Shown here: one piece after another, positions 42,422-54,223 of the stretch
How positions within the stretch are numbered: position 1 is the stretch's first letter
Layout: the number at the start of each line of letters is the position of its first letter
DNA from: Desulfobacterales bacterium
GTDB taxonomy: Bacteria; Desulfobacterota; Desulfobacteria; Desulfobacterales; JAIPEE01
Length of the DNA stretch: 64,000 nt
NCBI GenBank assembly: GCA_021737275.1
Contig: JAIPEE010000006.1
Span: 13,664-77,663 of the forward strand
Reading direction: 5' to 3'
The notes under the pieces: model-generated
Databases searched by the model: none
What the model was told of the DNA's origin: nothing
The model's input: only the letters and a program-made list of their open reading frames with translations
Translations under genes and position numbers: made by a program

Positions 42422-45400
42422 ATGAGTAAGCCAAACAGACTTGAAGTAACGCTGAAATCCGGCCTGTTCGATGCCGAGGGTGATGGGGTTCGCAAGAAGG
42501 CTGGAAAGTATTTTGGAATTGATACGGATAGTATCAGATCAATAAATGTTCTGACCATTGATGTGGATTTAACGGATGAACAGTTGATAAAAATCCAGAC
42601 GGATATTTTTACAAATCCTGTTACCCAGGTATCATCCTATACACCACTGGATATTGATTTTGACTGGTGTATCTGGGTGGGCTTCAGGCCGGGCGTTAGG
42701 GATAATGCCGGTAGTACGGCTGTGGAAGCCATTGAGGATATGCTTTCTGTCAAGTTTGGTGAGAATGATGCCGTTTATACTTCCAAACGATACTGTATAA
42801 AGGGTAGCGGCATGACGGCCGAAGATGTGGATAAAATTGCAGGTGAACTGCTGGCCAATGATATTATCCAGCAGTGGAAAATTTTCAGTAATAAAGAGTG
42901 GAGTGCCAAAACAGGTGTCGGTATTATAATTCCCAAAGTGATGCTTGATCATGTCCCGGCTGTCACTACGATTTCAATTGATTCCGATGCTACGCTTGCA
43001 AAAATTAGTGATGAACGTAATCTTGCATTAAATCCAAACGATATTCCTACCATCCGGTCATATTTTTTAAATGAGGATGTGCTGGCTGACAGAAAAAAAG
43101 TAGGGCTTTCAGAGCCGACAGACCTGGAACTGGAATATATTTCCCAGGGTAGAAGTGATCATTGTAATCATAATACTTTTCAAGGATTGTTCAGGTATAA
43201 AGGCAGTGCTGAAAGTGATGAAGAGATAATCGACAACATTTTCAGAATATGTATCAAGGAGCCTACCCTTGAATTGAAAAAAAAGAAAGACTGGGTTGTT
43301 TCCGTATTGTGGGACAATGCCGGTGTCGGCAAGTTTGATGAGAACCATTACTATGTCATTACCGGTGAAACACATAACTCGCCTTCTAATATGGAAGCAT
43401 ATGGTGGCGCGATTACCGGTATTGTCGGTGTTTATCGTGACCCGCTCGGTACAGGGCTGGGCTCAAAGCTGGTAATGGGCAGTTACGGTTTTTGTGTGGG
43501 GCACAGAGATTATCAAGGTGATCTGTCTCCGCGACTACATCCCCGCCGATTGCTTGATGGCGTTATCGAAGGTGTTCGGGATGGCGGTAACAAAAGCGGT
43601 ATTCCTACGCCATTCGGCCAGGTTCTTTATCACGATGGTTATATGGGCAAATGCCTTGTTTTTGTTACTGCGCTTGGTATTATGCCGGCCAGGGTCTGTG
43701 GCGCACCTGCTGAACTGAAGACAACATCACCGGGTGAGCTGATTATTATGTGTGGCGGCCGTGTAGGCAAAGACGGTATTCATGGTGTAACGGCGTCTTC
43801 GGAGGTTTTTTCTGAAAATACACCGGCCGGTCATGTTCAGATTGGAGATCCTTATACCCAGAAAAAAATGCATGACTTTCTGCTTGAAGCCCGTGATGAA
43901 TGTCTGATTCCATTTATTACGGATAACGGTGGCGGCGGCTTATCTTCATCTGTGGGTGAATCCGCCCGTTTTTCAAATGGCTGTGAAGTTGATCTTGATA
44001 AGGTACCGCTGAAGTATGAGGGGCTTGATCAGTGGGAGATCTGGATTTCTGAATCCCAGGAACGGATGACCGTTGCAGTTCGCCCTGAAGATCTTGACCG
44101 GTTCATGTCACTTTCAAAAAAACATGCAGTTGAAAGTACTGTTATCGGTAAATATACTGATTCAGGGAAACTTCATATTAAATATAATGGTAAAACCTGT
44201 GCATACATTGATATTGATCTGCTTGAATCAGGCTTCCCCCAGTGGGAGTTTGACGCGGTCTGGAAAACACCGGAGGAGAGAGGTCTTCTGGAACCGGTTA
44301 TAAAATCACCTTCAGATTTTAATGCACTCCTTCCGGATATGTTATCACGGCCTAATATCTGTTCCAAAGAGTGGATATCTCGTCAGTATGACCATGAAGT
44401 GCAGGGCACCAGTGTTATAAAGCCGCTTGTCGGTGTTGACAGGGATGTGAACAGTGATGCATCCGTTATACGTCCGGTTCTTGAAAGTAATCGCGGCCTG
44501 GCTTTTTCTCAATCCCTGCTTCCCGCCTATTCAATCATCGACGCTTACCACATGACAAGCTGTACCATTGATGAAGCCGTAAGGCGACTCATTGCAGTGG
44601 GCGCTGACGTTGATCAAATTGGCGGTGTGGATAATTTCTGCTGGCCCAATATTCAATATGATCCGCTTAATAATCCGGACGGAAAGTTTAAGGCGGCACA
44701 ACTTGTTCGATCATGCAAGGCACTCAAGGATGTCTGTGAGGCTTATGAAATACCGTTACTTTCAGGAAAAGACAGCATGTATGTGGATGGCCACCTGGCA
44801 GGACGATACGGTGAAACACATAAGGTTTCAGCGCCTGAGACGATCCAGTTTTCTGCATCTTCTGTAATCAGTGATGTGGCCATGTGTGTGACGATGGATA
44901 GTAAAGTACCCGGGGACCTGGTATATGTAGTGGGGATAACCCGCGATGAGTTGGGTGGTTCCGAATATTATGAACATTTTGGTTATACGGGGCTAAATAT
45001 ACCGCAAGTTCAAACTGAATCATTTTCAGCGCTTTATCGGTCATTAAGCGGTGCTATTGAAAAAGAGATTGTTGCTTCTGTTCATGGTGTTTATCGTGGC
45101 GGTCTTGGGGTTCATCTTTCAATGGTGGCTATGGGCGGTGGACTTGGAATGGCTGTTGATCTTTCAAAAGTTCCAGCAGAAGCTGTTACTCGAAATGATA
45201 CTATTTTGTTTTCAGAATCGGCCGGACGTTTTATTGTTACAATAGCACCTGGCCATAAGGATGGATTTGAAGCGAAATTCAAAGGTTTGCCGTGTGCATG
45301 CATCGGTAAGGTTACTGAGAACCGGAAGTTAAACATTATGGGTATAGACAAGAAAACACTGGTTGACCTGACGGTGGGACAGCTTAAAGATGCATGGAAG

Positions 45401-45424
45401 AAACCGCATGGAGGACTTATATGA
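42422..45424 (+). CDS. purL: Phosphoribosylformylglycinamidine synthase PurL with PurS-like N-terminal extension
   Basis: SDHCNH, ETHNSPS, VQIGDP, DNGGGG, SESQERM, QYDHEVQG. Confidence 0.92.
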   Translation: MSKPNRLEVTLKSGLFDAEGDGVRKKAGKYFGIDTDSIRSINVLTIDVDLTDEQLIKIQTDIFTNPVTQVSSYTPLDIDFDWCIWVGFRPGVRDNAGSTAVEAIEDMLSVKFGENDAVYTSKRYCIKGSGMTAEDVDKIAGELLANDIIQQWKIFSNKEWSAKTGVGIIIPKVMLDHVPAVTTISIDSDATLAKISDERNLALNPNDIPTIRSYFLNEDVLADRKKVGLSEPTDLELEYISQGRSDHCNHNTFQGLFRYKGSAESDEEIIDNIFRICIKEPTLELKKKKDWVVSVLWDNAGVGKFDENHYYVITGETHNSPSNMEAYGGAITGIVGVYRDPLGTGLGSKLVMGSYGFCVGHRDYQGDLSPRLHPRRLLDGVIEGVRDGGNKSGIPTPFGQVLYHDGYMGKCLVFVTALGIMPARVCGAPAELKTTSPGELIIMCGGRVGKDGIHGVTASSEVFSENTPAGHVQIGDPYTQKKMHDFLLEARDECLIPFITDNGGGGLSSSVGESARFSNGCEVDLDKVPLKYEGLDQWEIWISESQERMTVAVRPEDLDRFMSLSKKHAVESTVIGKYTDSGKLHIKYNGKTCAYIDIDLLESGFPQWEFDAVWKTPEERGLLEPVIKSPSDFNALLPDMLSRPNICSKEWISRQYDHEVQGTSVIKPLVGVDRDVNSDASVIRPVLESNRGLAFSQSLLPAYSIIDAYHMTSCTIDEAVRRLIAVGADVDQIGGVDNFCWPNIQYDPLNNPDGKFKAAQLVRSCKALKDVCEAYEIPLLSGKDSMYVDGHLAGRYGETHKVSAPETIQFSASSVISDVAMCVTMDSKVPGDLVYVVGITRDELGGSEYYEHFGYTGLNIPQVQTESFSALYRSLSGAIEKEIVASVHGVYRGGLGVHLSMVAMGGGLGMAVDLSKVPAEAVTRNDTILFSESAGRFIVTIAPGHKDGFEAKFKGLPCACIGKVTENRKLNIMGIDKKTLVDLTVGQLKDAWKKPHGGLI

Positions 45425-46242
45425 GTAATGAAGTAAAGGTACTTGTACTGGCCGGTTATGGATTGAACTGTGATAATGAAACGGCTCATGCCTTTTCTCT
45501 TGCCGGCGCTGTGCCTGAAAAAATTCATATTAATGCACTTATTGATGGTTCAGTAGATCCTTCAGATTTTCAGATCATGGCATTTGGCGGTGGCTTCAGT
45601 TGGGGTGATGATCATGGCGCCGGTGTTGTTCAGGCGGTACGAATGAAAACAAACCTTGGTGATAAACTGCTGAAGTTCATAGATACCGGAAGCCTGGTGA
45701 TCGGGATATGTAATGGTTTTCAGACACTTGTTAATCTGGGGCTGCTTCCCGGGTTGGATAATGATTATCAGAAGCGATCAGTGGCCCTGACGTTTAATGA
45801 CTGCGGTAATTTCAGAGATGACTGGGTTAAGCTTTCGGTAAATTCATCATCCAGTTGTGTTTTTACAAATGGGATAGATACACTGGATCTGCCTGTAAGG
45901 CATGGTGAAGGTAAATTTTATGCTGATGATACGGTTCTTGACCGCATAGAAAAGGATAATCAGGTTGTTTTAAGATATGCTGATAAAAACGGCATGCCGG
46001 CAAATGGTCGTTTTCCGGATAATCCAAACGGCTCTGTAAATGATATTGCCGGTATCTGTGATCCTACAGGCCGCGTATTTGGACTTATGCCCCACCCGGA
46101 AGCGTTTAATCACTGGACAAACCATCCGGACTGGACAAGGCAAAAAGAGATATCAAGGCGTAAAGGAGAAAGTGTGTCCGGCAAACAAACAGATGGGAAT
46201 AAAATATTTACGAATGCGGTGAATTTTGTGAGAGCGCAGTAA
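45421..46242 (+). CDS. purQ: FGAM synthase glutaminase subunit
   Basis: GGFSWGD, GICNGFQ, HGEG, MPHPE. Confidence 0.95.
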   Translation: MSNEVKVLVLAGYGLNCDNETAHAFSLAGAVPEKIHINALIDGSVDPSDFQIMAFGGGFSWGDDHGAGVVQAVRMKTNLGDKLLKFIDTGSLVIGICNGFQTLVNLGLLPGLDNDYQKRSVALTFNDCGNFRDDWVKLSVNSSSSCVFTNGIDTLDLPVRHGEGKFYADDTVLDRIEKDNQVVLRYADKNGMPANGRFPDNPNGSVNDIAGICDPTGRVFGLMPHPEAFNHWTNHPDWTRQKEISRRKGESVSGKQTDGNKIFTNAVNFVRAQ

Positions 46243-46271
46243 GCGTCTGAGAAATAAAAACTTGAATAAAT

Positions 46272-46300
46272 AAAAAGCCCCGCCATTTGGCGGGGCTTTT
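46272..46300. terminator. Bidirectional terminator
   Basis: AAAAAGCCCCGCCA-TT-TGGCGGGGCTTTT between convergent genes. Confidence 0.85.
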
Positions 46301-46327
46301 AGTTTTAATAAGAATACGCTGTCTGTG

Positions 46328-47365
46328 TTATTTTGCCATTGCAACCGGTGTGCGAATCACAGTGCCTGGCATTACAGATTTATCTGCCTGTGTAACCAGT
46401 ACAGTTGCAGTGGTTTCCTCGGTGTGTAAAACAATTATTGAGCCATAGTCCATTGCCGCAAGGTTTACAGTATTATTGGTACCAGGGATAGCCTTTTTAT
46501 TCTGATAAAAGATGCTGTATTGCTGCCCTACCTTGATACCGTCTTTTTTTCCTTTATTAATAAAAGCGATATTACCGTCACCAAAGTAATTTCTATGGTC
46601 CTCTTCGATAATAAACTCGCCTTCCAACCACTTAACACTTTCCACTATCGGAATCTTTGCAGATCTTTCCTTAAAAGGCATTACAAGATCACCGTTTTCA
46701 ATCGTTCTGATTGCTTTAGTGACTTTTGCAATGGCGTATGTTTTATATTCTCCGGGAGATGTTTCAACAACTTCAACAGACGTGACCTCTGCAATACCGG
46801 TAAAGTAGTGCTGATAACCGGCAATCTCTTTAGCGTCTTTCATTTTTACCTGGGGCGGTTTTTCATAAATAATATATTTTTTACCAACTGCGAATGTAGC
46901 ACCTGGTGACGGTTTGATATAAATTATATCACCCTGACCGACCAGGAATTTATCGTCATCAACAAAGTAGATATGTCCATCGGGTTCAACAGGTTCTTCC
47001 CGAATAAAACCAACCGCATTAATCGGTTTATAAAGGAAAAAGGGTGCTTCACCTGTTTCAGGTACCGCAATGGTACTCTCTGTCCACTTTTTATTAAACA
47101 GACGGATTCTGTTTCCGGGATAAATCCAGTGCGGATTGGGAATCTGGTTATTTTCCTGCCAGAGTTCCGGCCATTGCCATGCGGAATCAAAAAACTGATT
47201 TGAAAGGTCCCAAAGCGTGTCGCCTTTCTGGACGGTGTAGTAAAAGCCCGCTTCATGTTCCAGAGGCATTGCCCCTTCTTCGGCAATGGCATTAAAAGGA
47301 ACAAGGCAAAAAGCGGTGAGTATAGCCATTAATGTGATAAAACGGATTTTTTTTGTGGAAAGCAT
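46328..47365 (-). CDS. LysM peptidoglycan-binding domain protein
   Basis: Signal peptide; YTVQKGDTLWDLS..WPELW..N..IPNPHWIYPG. Confidence 0.9.
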   Translation of the reverse strand: MLSTKKIRFITLMAILTAFCLVPFNAIAEEGAMPLEHEAGFYYTVQKGDTLWDLSNQFFDSAWQWPELWQENNQIPNPHWIYPGNRIRLFNKKWTESTIAVPETGEAPFFLYKPINAVGFIREEPVEPDGHIYFVDDDKFLVGQGDIIYIKPSPGATFAVGKKYIIYEKPPQVKMKDAKEIAGYQHYFTGIAEVTSVEVVETSPGEYKTYAIAKVTKAIRTIENGDLVMPFKERSAKIPIVESVKWLEGEFIIEEDHRNYFGDGNIAFINKGKKDGIKVGQQYSIFYQNKKAIPGTNNTVNLAAMDYGSIIVLHTEETTATVLVTQADKSVMPGTVIRTPVAMAK

Positions 47366-47626
47366 CTGAGGCCTCTCTTCAAGTTGCTGTTATCATTTAA
47401 ACAAAAATATTTAAATTTTTATTTATACTTCTAACTAACCATTTGAAACGATGTAAATTGTAAGTGAATGAAAGTGCCATATAGATGTGGCAGTTGCTAT
47501 CTGTACAACCATTAATCTGGTTGATATGTTAAACTAAACCTTAAATTATTAATATATAAAGAGTTCAACATTTTTTTAATACACTTCTTCATAACAATTT
47601 GTCAAGTTTTTCAAGCATTTTTGCAT

Positions 47627-47658
47627 AAAAAAAGCCCCCATGCATTTGCATGGGGGCT
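47627..47658 (-). terminator. groL terminator
   Basis: AGCCCCCATGCA-TT-TGCATGGGGGCT with T7 run on the minus strand. Confidence 0.85.
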
Positions 47659-47689
47659 AAATTTTATTTGTAAGGTGAAAAGGGAAGGG

Positions 47690-49399
<1,710 letters not shown>

Positions 49400-49687
49400 T
49401 TATCCGATAATGCCGAGAACATCGTCTTCGCGCATGATCAGGTATTCTTCGCCTTCAATTTTCACTTCTGTGCCGGAGTATTTGCCAAAAAGTACTCGAT
49501 CGCCTTTCTTTACTTCAAGAGCAATACGTTTGCCGTCATCGCTAACTTTACCGTTGCCGATTGCAACAACTTTTCCCTCAGCCGGTTTTTCTTTTGCGGT
49601 ATCAGGAATAATAATACCACCTTTTGTTGTTTGCTCTTCTGGAACACGCTGTACCAAAATTCGATCCTGTAATGGTGTGAGTTTCAT
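49400..49687 (-). CDS. groS: Co-chaperonin GroES
   Basis: [21 protein letters not shown]. Confidence 0.98.
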   Translation of the reverse strand: MKLTPLQDRILVQRVPEEQTTKGGIIIPDTAKEKPAEGKVVAIGNGKVSDDGKRIALEVKKGDRVLFGKYSGTEVKIEGEEYLIMREDDVLGIIG

Positions 49688-50157
49688 CGCCTAACTTCTC
49701 CTTTCGATTTTGTTCGTTTAAGAATTTTAAAACAAAAACCGTAATAATTATTTAATGCAAAAGCCTTTAATATGGCAGCTGCACTGGATACCGGCATACT
49801 TACCGGATTTAAAGTAGGTGCCGGTTTTACTGTCTTATGTTGTGCGCTCTTGCGCCTACGTAGGAAATAATAACCACCCTTTTTTGTTTGTAAAGGGGAG
49901 CCCGGGGAATAAATGCATTTTTTTGATTGATTTTTTCAGCTATGCCATCAGCGAAAATCCATACGTTACTTTGTTATACAGGTTGATTTGAAAACCCTGA
50001 CTATTAATTGATCCGAAACAGCGGAATTACATATTTTGAGCACCTTTTAAAAAACAACACTATATAATAAGGATAACACTAAAAGATTAGTGGAAGCATA
50101 ATATAAACAGCTTTAACTGAAAGAGCGAATGGATTTAAATGTTATAAATCGCATTCG

Positions 50158-50195
50158 CCCGAATAGTATCTTACACCCCGAATAGTATCTTATAC
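50158..50195. repeat. 19-bp tandem duplication
   Basis: CCCGAATAGTATCTTACAC / CCCGAATAGTATCTTATAC. Confidence 0.8.
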
Positions 50196-50208
50196 AAAGA
50201 TAACCTGA

Positions 50209-50487
50209 TTATAGAGATTTATCAGCTTTTTCCTTGGGCTGTTTTTTCGTATCAGTCGTTGTTTTTACCGCTGAAGCAGAGGTTCCGCTTGAATTTGAAG
50301 AGGTGGATTTATTAGCGTAATCCGTTACATACCAACCACTGCCTTTCAGGTGAAATGTGCTCTGAGAGATGAGTTTGTGAAGCTTTCCGGAACATTTGCT
50401 GCATTTGGTCAATGGTTTATCGGAAAAACTCTGGATCGCTTCTTCTTTATTTCCACACTTTGTACATTCATATTCATAAATTGGCAT
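50209..50487 (-). CDS. FmdB family zinc-ribbon protein
   Basis: MPIYEYECTKCG..CSKC..FHLKGSGWYVTDY. Confidence 0.9.
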   Translation of the reverse strand: MPIYEYECTKCGNKEEAIQSFSDKPLTKCSKCSGKLHKLISQSTFHLKGSGWYVTDYANKSTSSNSSGTSASAVKTTTDTKKQPKEKADKSL

Positions 50488-50711
50488 TTTAAAATGACCT
50501 CCAACGTAAAATAATAACCAAAAGGATTTGGTTGATCCGATTATGTTATTTCGATTGGTCTAATATAGGTAACGATTACCCGTTGTCAAGATTAAAGCGA
50601 AAAAGCAGGCTGTTTTATTTAAATAACCATTCACTGTGAAACAGACAGTTTTAATGTAAAATGACTAAAATGATTATAAATATTTTTAACCCTTCCATTA
50701 TTTGTCTGGTA

Positions 50712-51248
50712 TCAGAAATCATGTATTTCCTCTATAGGGTCGCGCCATTTAATGTAAAATCGGAAGACATCGTCAATACCGTCCACCTTGACTTTTTTAA
50801 GGATTTTATGGGTTATATCGTGGACGCGTTTTTCTTCTGCAAGTTTTTCATCCGGAGAGGCATCAAAATTTTGCAGGAACTTACTGAACCGGACGATGTG
50901 TACCAGCTCATGTGTAATTATATAGAGGGAAAAAGGAAAAAGCTGTATGTCGGCCATCTTATTTAGAACAGATAGTACGGCATGATCCTGAAAACATATC
51001 TTATAAAAATCATAGTTTGAAGAGCCTAAGGCGGTATCGGATTTGCGTCCTTCATATCTGACTATCTGGGCAAAAGGCCCATACACAATTTCTTCAGGCT
51101 GGAGTTCTGCCAGTGTTTTGACATCATATTTTTGCCGCAGCCATTGAGACGTCGATAGTTTGAAATAGTTGCTGACGAGTTCCTCTGCCAATTTCGTCGA
51201 ATCGGTTACAATATTAATTTGTTCCGGGCTGTATGTTTCAATCGACAT
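50712..51248 (-). CDS. Conserved hypothetical protein with HEXXH motif
   Basis: GGAG RBS; ITHELVHIVRF plus downstream EE. Confidence 0.7.
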   Translation of the reverse strand: MSIETYSPEQINIVTDSTKLAEELVSNYFKLSTSQWLRQKYDVKTLAELQPEEIVYGPFAQIVRYEGRKSDTALGSSNYDFYKICFQDHAVLSVLNKMADIQLFPFSLYIITHELVHIVRFSKFLQNFDASPDEKLAEEKRVHDITHKILKKVKVDGIDDVFRFYIKWRDPIEEIHDF

Positions 51249-51465
51249 GGATTCTCCATAGCAAAAATAGATATTATTTTCAGGATATTATCATAACATA
51301 TTGGGCGGATCAATCAGTATGGTGTTTTTTGTTAAAATAAAAAAAATACCGGGGTTCTTTTTCGTTGAGCTGAAATATTAAATTTAAAAAAAGTCTGGAC
51401 ATTTTATTTTGAATGATGGTATAGAGCCATTTTTATAATTAAAATTCAAAACAGGAGGTGATCTG

Positions 51466-51564
51466 TTGGGTAGCGTAATAAAAAAACGAAGAAAAAAAAT
51501 GCGTAAGCATAAACACAGAAAACTTTTGGCACGTACGCGTCATCAGAGAAGAAAAGGTAAATAA
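51466..51564 (+). CDS. Small basic AURKAIP1/COX24 (bS22/mS38-like) protein, not in the ORF track
   Basis: AGGAGGTG RBS, TTG start, MGSVIKKRRKKMRKHKHRKLLARTRHQRRKGK*, followed by a terminator. Confidence 0.88.
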   Translation: MGSVIKKRRKKMRKHKHRKLLARTRHQRRKGK

Positions 51565-51590
51565 TGCTACCTGCAGTCTCTTAGGATTAT

Positions 51591-51634
51591 AAAAAAAGCG
51601 CCGATCATTGTTATAATCATCGGCGCTTTTTTTT
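51591..51634. terminator. Bidirectional terminator
   Basis: AAAAAAAGCGCCGAT-loop-ATCGGCGCTTTTTTT. Confidence 0.85.
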
Positions 51635-51654
51635 GTTTTTGTAGTAGAGAAAAT

Positions 51655-52617
51655 CTACTTGTTAATCGAGAACCCCTTCAGGTACTTCAGAAAGTCGGCG
51701 TCTGTTGATAAAACAAGAGAGCTGTTTTCACCTAAGGTTTCACTATAAATTTCGAGTGTTTTTGTAAAGGCATAAAATTCAGGATCTACGTTATATGCTT
51801 TGGCATATATCTTGGTTGCTTCGGCATCAGCCTTACCTTTTATTCCCTGTGCCGTCTTATAGGCTTCAGATGTGATCTGTTTTAAATCTCTCTCCTTTTC
51901 ACCAAATATTTTCCGTGCTTCACCTGAACCTTCTGAGCGGAATTTTTCTGCAATTTGTTTACGTTCAGCAATCATTCTATTGTAAACGGATTCTCTAACC
52001 TGTTTTACATAGTTTATGCGTTTGATTTTTACATCAACAAGCTCAATGCCGAACTGGGCAACTTTTGGTTTGGCCTGGTCAATAATTTCCTTCGTGATTT
52101 TTTCGCGGCCGATTTTGATTTGATAAATTACCCTTTGATCCTTTTTTAAATCATCGATACCAACTTCAAAGGTATCAAGCGTCCGGTTACTTTTTCTAAC
52201 CGTTTCTATTAGCGGATATGAGGTAATCGCATTTCTGACTGATGAGTCAATAATTTCACTCAATTTGACCTGTGCGGTTGTTGTGTTGTTTACAGCCTGG
52301 ATAAACCTTATTGCATCAACAATTTTCCACCTGGCAAACGTATCAACCCATATGTAGGTTTTATCCTTAGTCGGAATCTGGCCCGGCTCACCGTCCCAAT
52401 TAAGAATATTTTTGGGAAAAACATTGGCTTTATCAATAAAAGGAACTTTTGGTTTCAGACCGGGTTCTATGATCGTTTCGCCGACAACCTTACCAAACCG
52501 GGTAATGACAACCTGTTCTGTTTCGTCGACAATATAAAGTGGTCGGGCATCGGGTATTGCTATCAATATAAAACCCAATACCAAAATGACAGGGAGAATT
52601 ATATTTTTAATTTTCAT
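51655..52617 (-). CDS. hflC: Protease modulator HflC
   Basis: SPFH domain, RMIAER, DPEFYAF. Confidence 0.92.
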   Translation of the reverse strand: MKIKNIILPVILVLGFILIAIPDARPLYIVDETEQVVITRFGKVVGETIIEPGLKPKVPFIDKANVFPKNILNWDGEPGQIPTKDKTYIWVDTFARWKIVDAIRFIQAVNNTTTAQVKLSEIIDSSVRNAITSYPLIETVRKSNRTLDTFEVGIDDLKKDQRVIYQIKIGREKITKEIIDQAKPKVAQFGIELVDVKIKRINYVKQVRESVYNRMIAERKQIAEKFRSEGSGEARKIFGEKERDLKQITSEAYKTAQGIKGKADAEATKIYAKAYNVDPEFYAFTKTLEIYSETLGENSSLVLSTDADFLKYLKGFSINK

Positions 52618-53642
52618 TTTAAGCCTTCCTTATTTTTACCCAGATTCAGCAAGGGGAGAAGATTATTTTGTTCAGCATCAATAATATATTTTTGATCCAG
52701 TTTGGGATAAATTTCCCGTAAGGCTTCAAGATACAGCCGCTGCCTTGTGATATCTTTGGCCTTGGCGTATTCCTGATACAAGGCGGTAAATCGTGCGGCA
52801 TCACCCTTTGCCCTGTTTACACGATCAAGAGCGTATCCTTCGCCGGCCTTGATGGTTCGTTCAGCTTCACCCCTGGCTGCGGGAATGGCCTTGTTGTATT
52901 CTTCCTGGGCCTGGTATATCATCTGTTCCTTTTCCTGCTTAGCCTGGTTTACCTCGTTGAAAGAGGGCTGGACACGTTCGGGAACGTTGGTTGTCTGCAT
53001 GGCAATGGTTGTAACAAGGATGCCGGCCTCAGCCTGGTCAAGCTCTTTTTGCAAAACATCTCTGGCTTCAAGGGCAATTTCGTCACGTTTACTGATAACT
53101 TCATTAATGCTTCTGTCACCAACTACAAGGCGCATAGTGGATTCAGACATGTCTCTCAATAGCCCTTTTACATTCTGAACTTTAAAAAGATAGTTATATG
53201 GATCTTTTTTCTGGTACTGCACAATCCAGGGAACGACAGCAACATTCAGATCCCCTGTCAGCATCAGGGAGGGGTTATTTTCACCACTGGAGAAAGAGGA
53301 AATGCTCCTGTTGTCCTCAAAAGCAGTGATATCAAATTTTTCAGTATTATAATTCAGAATATCAACCGTTGTCACCTTTTCTATACTGATCGGCAGTTTG
53401 AAATGCAAGCCGGGTTGCTCTGTTCTTACATACTTTCCAAAGCGTTGAATAATACCTACCTCATTTGGTTCGACTTTATAAATCATGGTATAGGCCAGCG
53501 CTATTACCAGAATAATTACAATAATAATCGGACCGCCGGAAAAATTGATTTTTTTAAAGTTTTTAAGGATATCATCCATCTGAGGCGGCTTGCCGTCTCT
53601 GCCTTGCTGCTGCGCCTTGAGTTTGTCCCAGTCCCAGTTCAT
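52614..53642 (-). CDS. hflK: Protease modulator HflK
   Basis: MNWDW N-terminus, MLTGDLN, TRQRLYLE. Confidence 0.92.
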   Translation of the reverse strand: MNWDWDKLKAQQQGRDGKPPQMDDILKNFKKINFSGGPIIIVIILVIALAYTMIYKVEPNEVGIIQRFGKYVRTEQPGLHFKLPISIEKVTTVDILNYNTEKFDITAFEDNRSISSFSSGENNPSLMLTGDLNVAVVPWIVQYQKKDPYNYLFKVQNVKGLLRDMSESTMRLVVGDRSINEVISKRDEIALEARDVLQKELDQAEAGILVTTIAMQTTNVPERVQPSFNEVNQAKQEKEQMIYQAQEEYNKAIPAARGEAERTIKAGEGYALDRVNRAKGDAARFTALYQEYAKAKDITRQRLYLEALREIYPKLDQKYIIDAEQNNLLPLLNLGKNKEGLK

Positions 53643-53905
53643 AATGTACCTTTTGGTTCTTGTTTAAATTAATTATTAATAATTGAAAAAATTAGTCCGA
53701 TGAAACCATTAAAGATTTATTGAATTTAATATTTTGATATTTATTTTATATGGCATTTTAACACTATACGTCAAGTCAAGAATGAGAATTGTTGGCCTTC
53801 AGGGGAATAATTAATTTTCTTTGACATCAGGGCCTAATACTTTTATTGACAAGCACTTGTCGGGACATATACGCTATCGTAGTTTATAAAAGGCAGGATT
53901 ATAAA

Positions 53906-54223
53906 ATGGCACCACAGCAAAAGTCACCTCGCAAGATTATCCATATAAAAGATATTCTTGATGAGGCGCTTAAGAGCTTTCGTCAGGAACCGGATACGGA
54001 ACTGCTGGAAGTCTGGAAACTATGGGAAGGTATTGTAGGACAGGTGATTGCCGAAAACACCAAACCGGCAGCCTTTAAGGGCAAGCTTTTAATTGTTCAT
54101 GCTTCTAGCTCTACATGGATCCAACAGCTTCAATTTTTCAAAAAGGACATCATTTCCAAGATCAATATTGCCCTCGGAGGGAAGCACGTTGATGATATCC
54201 GCTTCAAGATTGGCCGGATATGA
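53906..54223 (+). CDS. DUF721/DciA family protein
   Basis: W..IVG..IAENTKP..L.V..SSSTW.QQL..IISKIN pattern. Confidence 0.8.
   Translation: MAPQQKSPRKIIHIKDILDEALKSFRQEPDTELLEVWKLWEGIVGQVIAENTKPAAFKGKLLIVHASSSTWIQQLQFFKKDIISKINIALGGKHVDDIRFKIGRI

Noticed and set aside
47468-47482. TGGCAC sigma54-like site upstream of the LysM gene (minus strand)
   Set aside because: Lacks the GC at the -12 position
49690-49950. CIRCE element upstream of groSL
   Set aside because: No TTAGCACTC-N9-GAGTGCTAA seen on either strand
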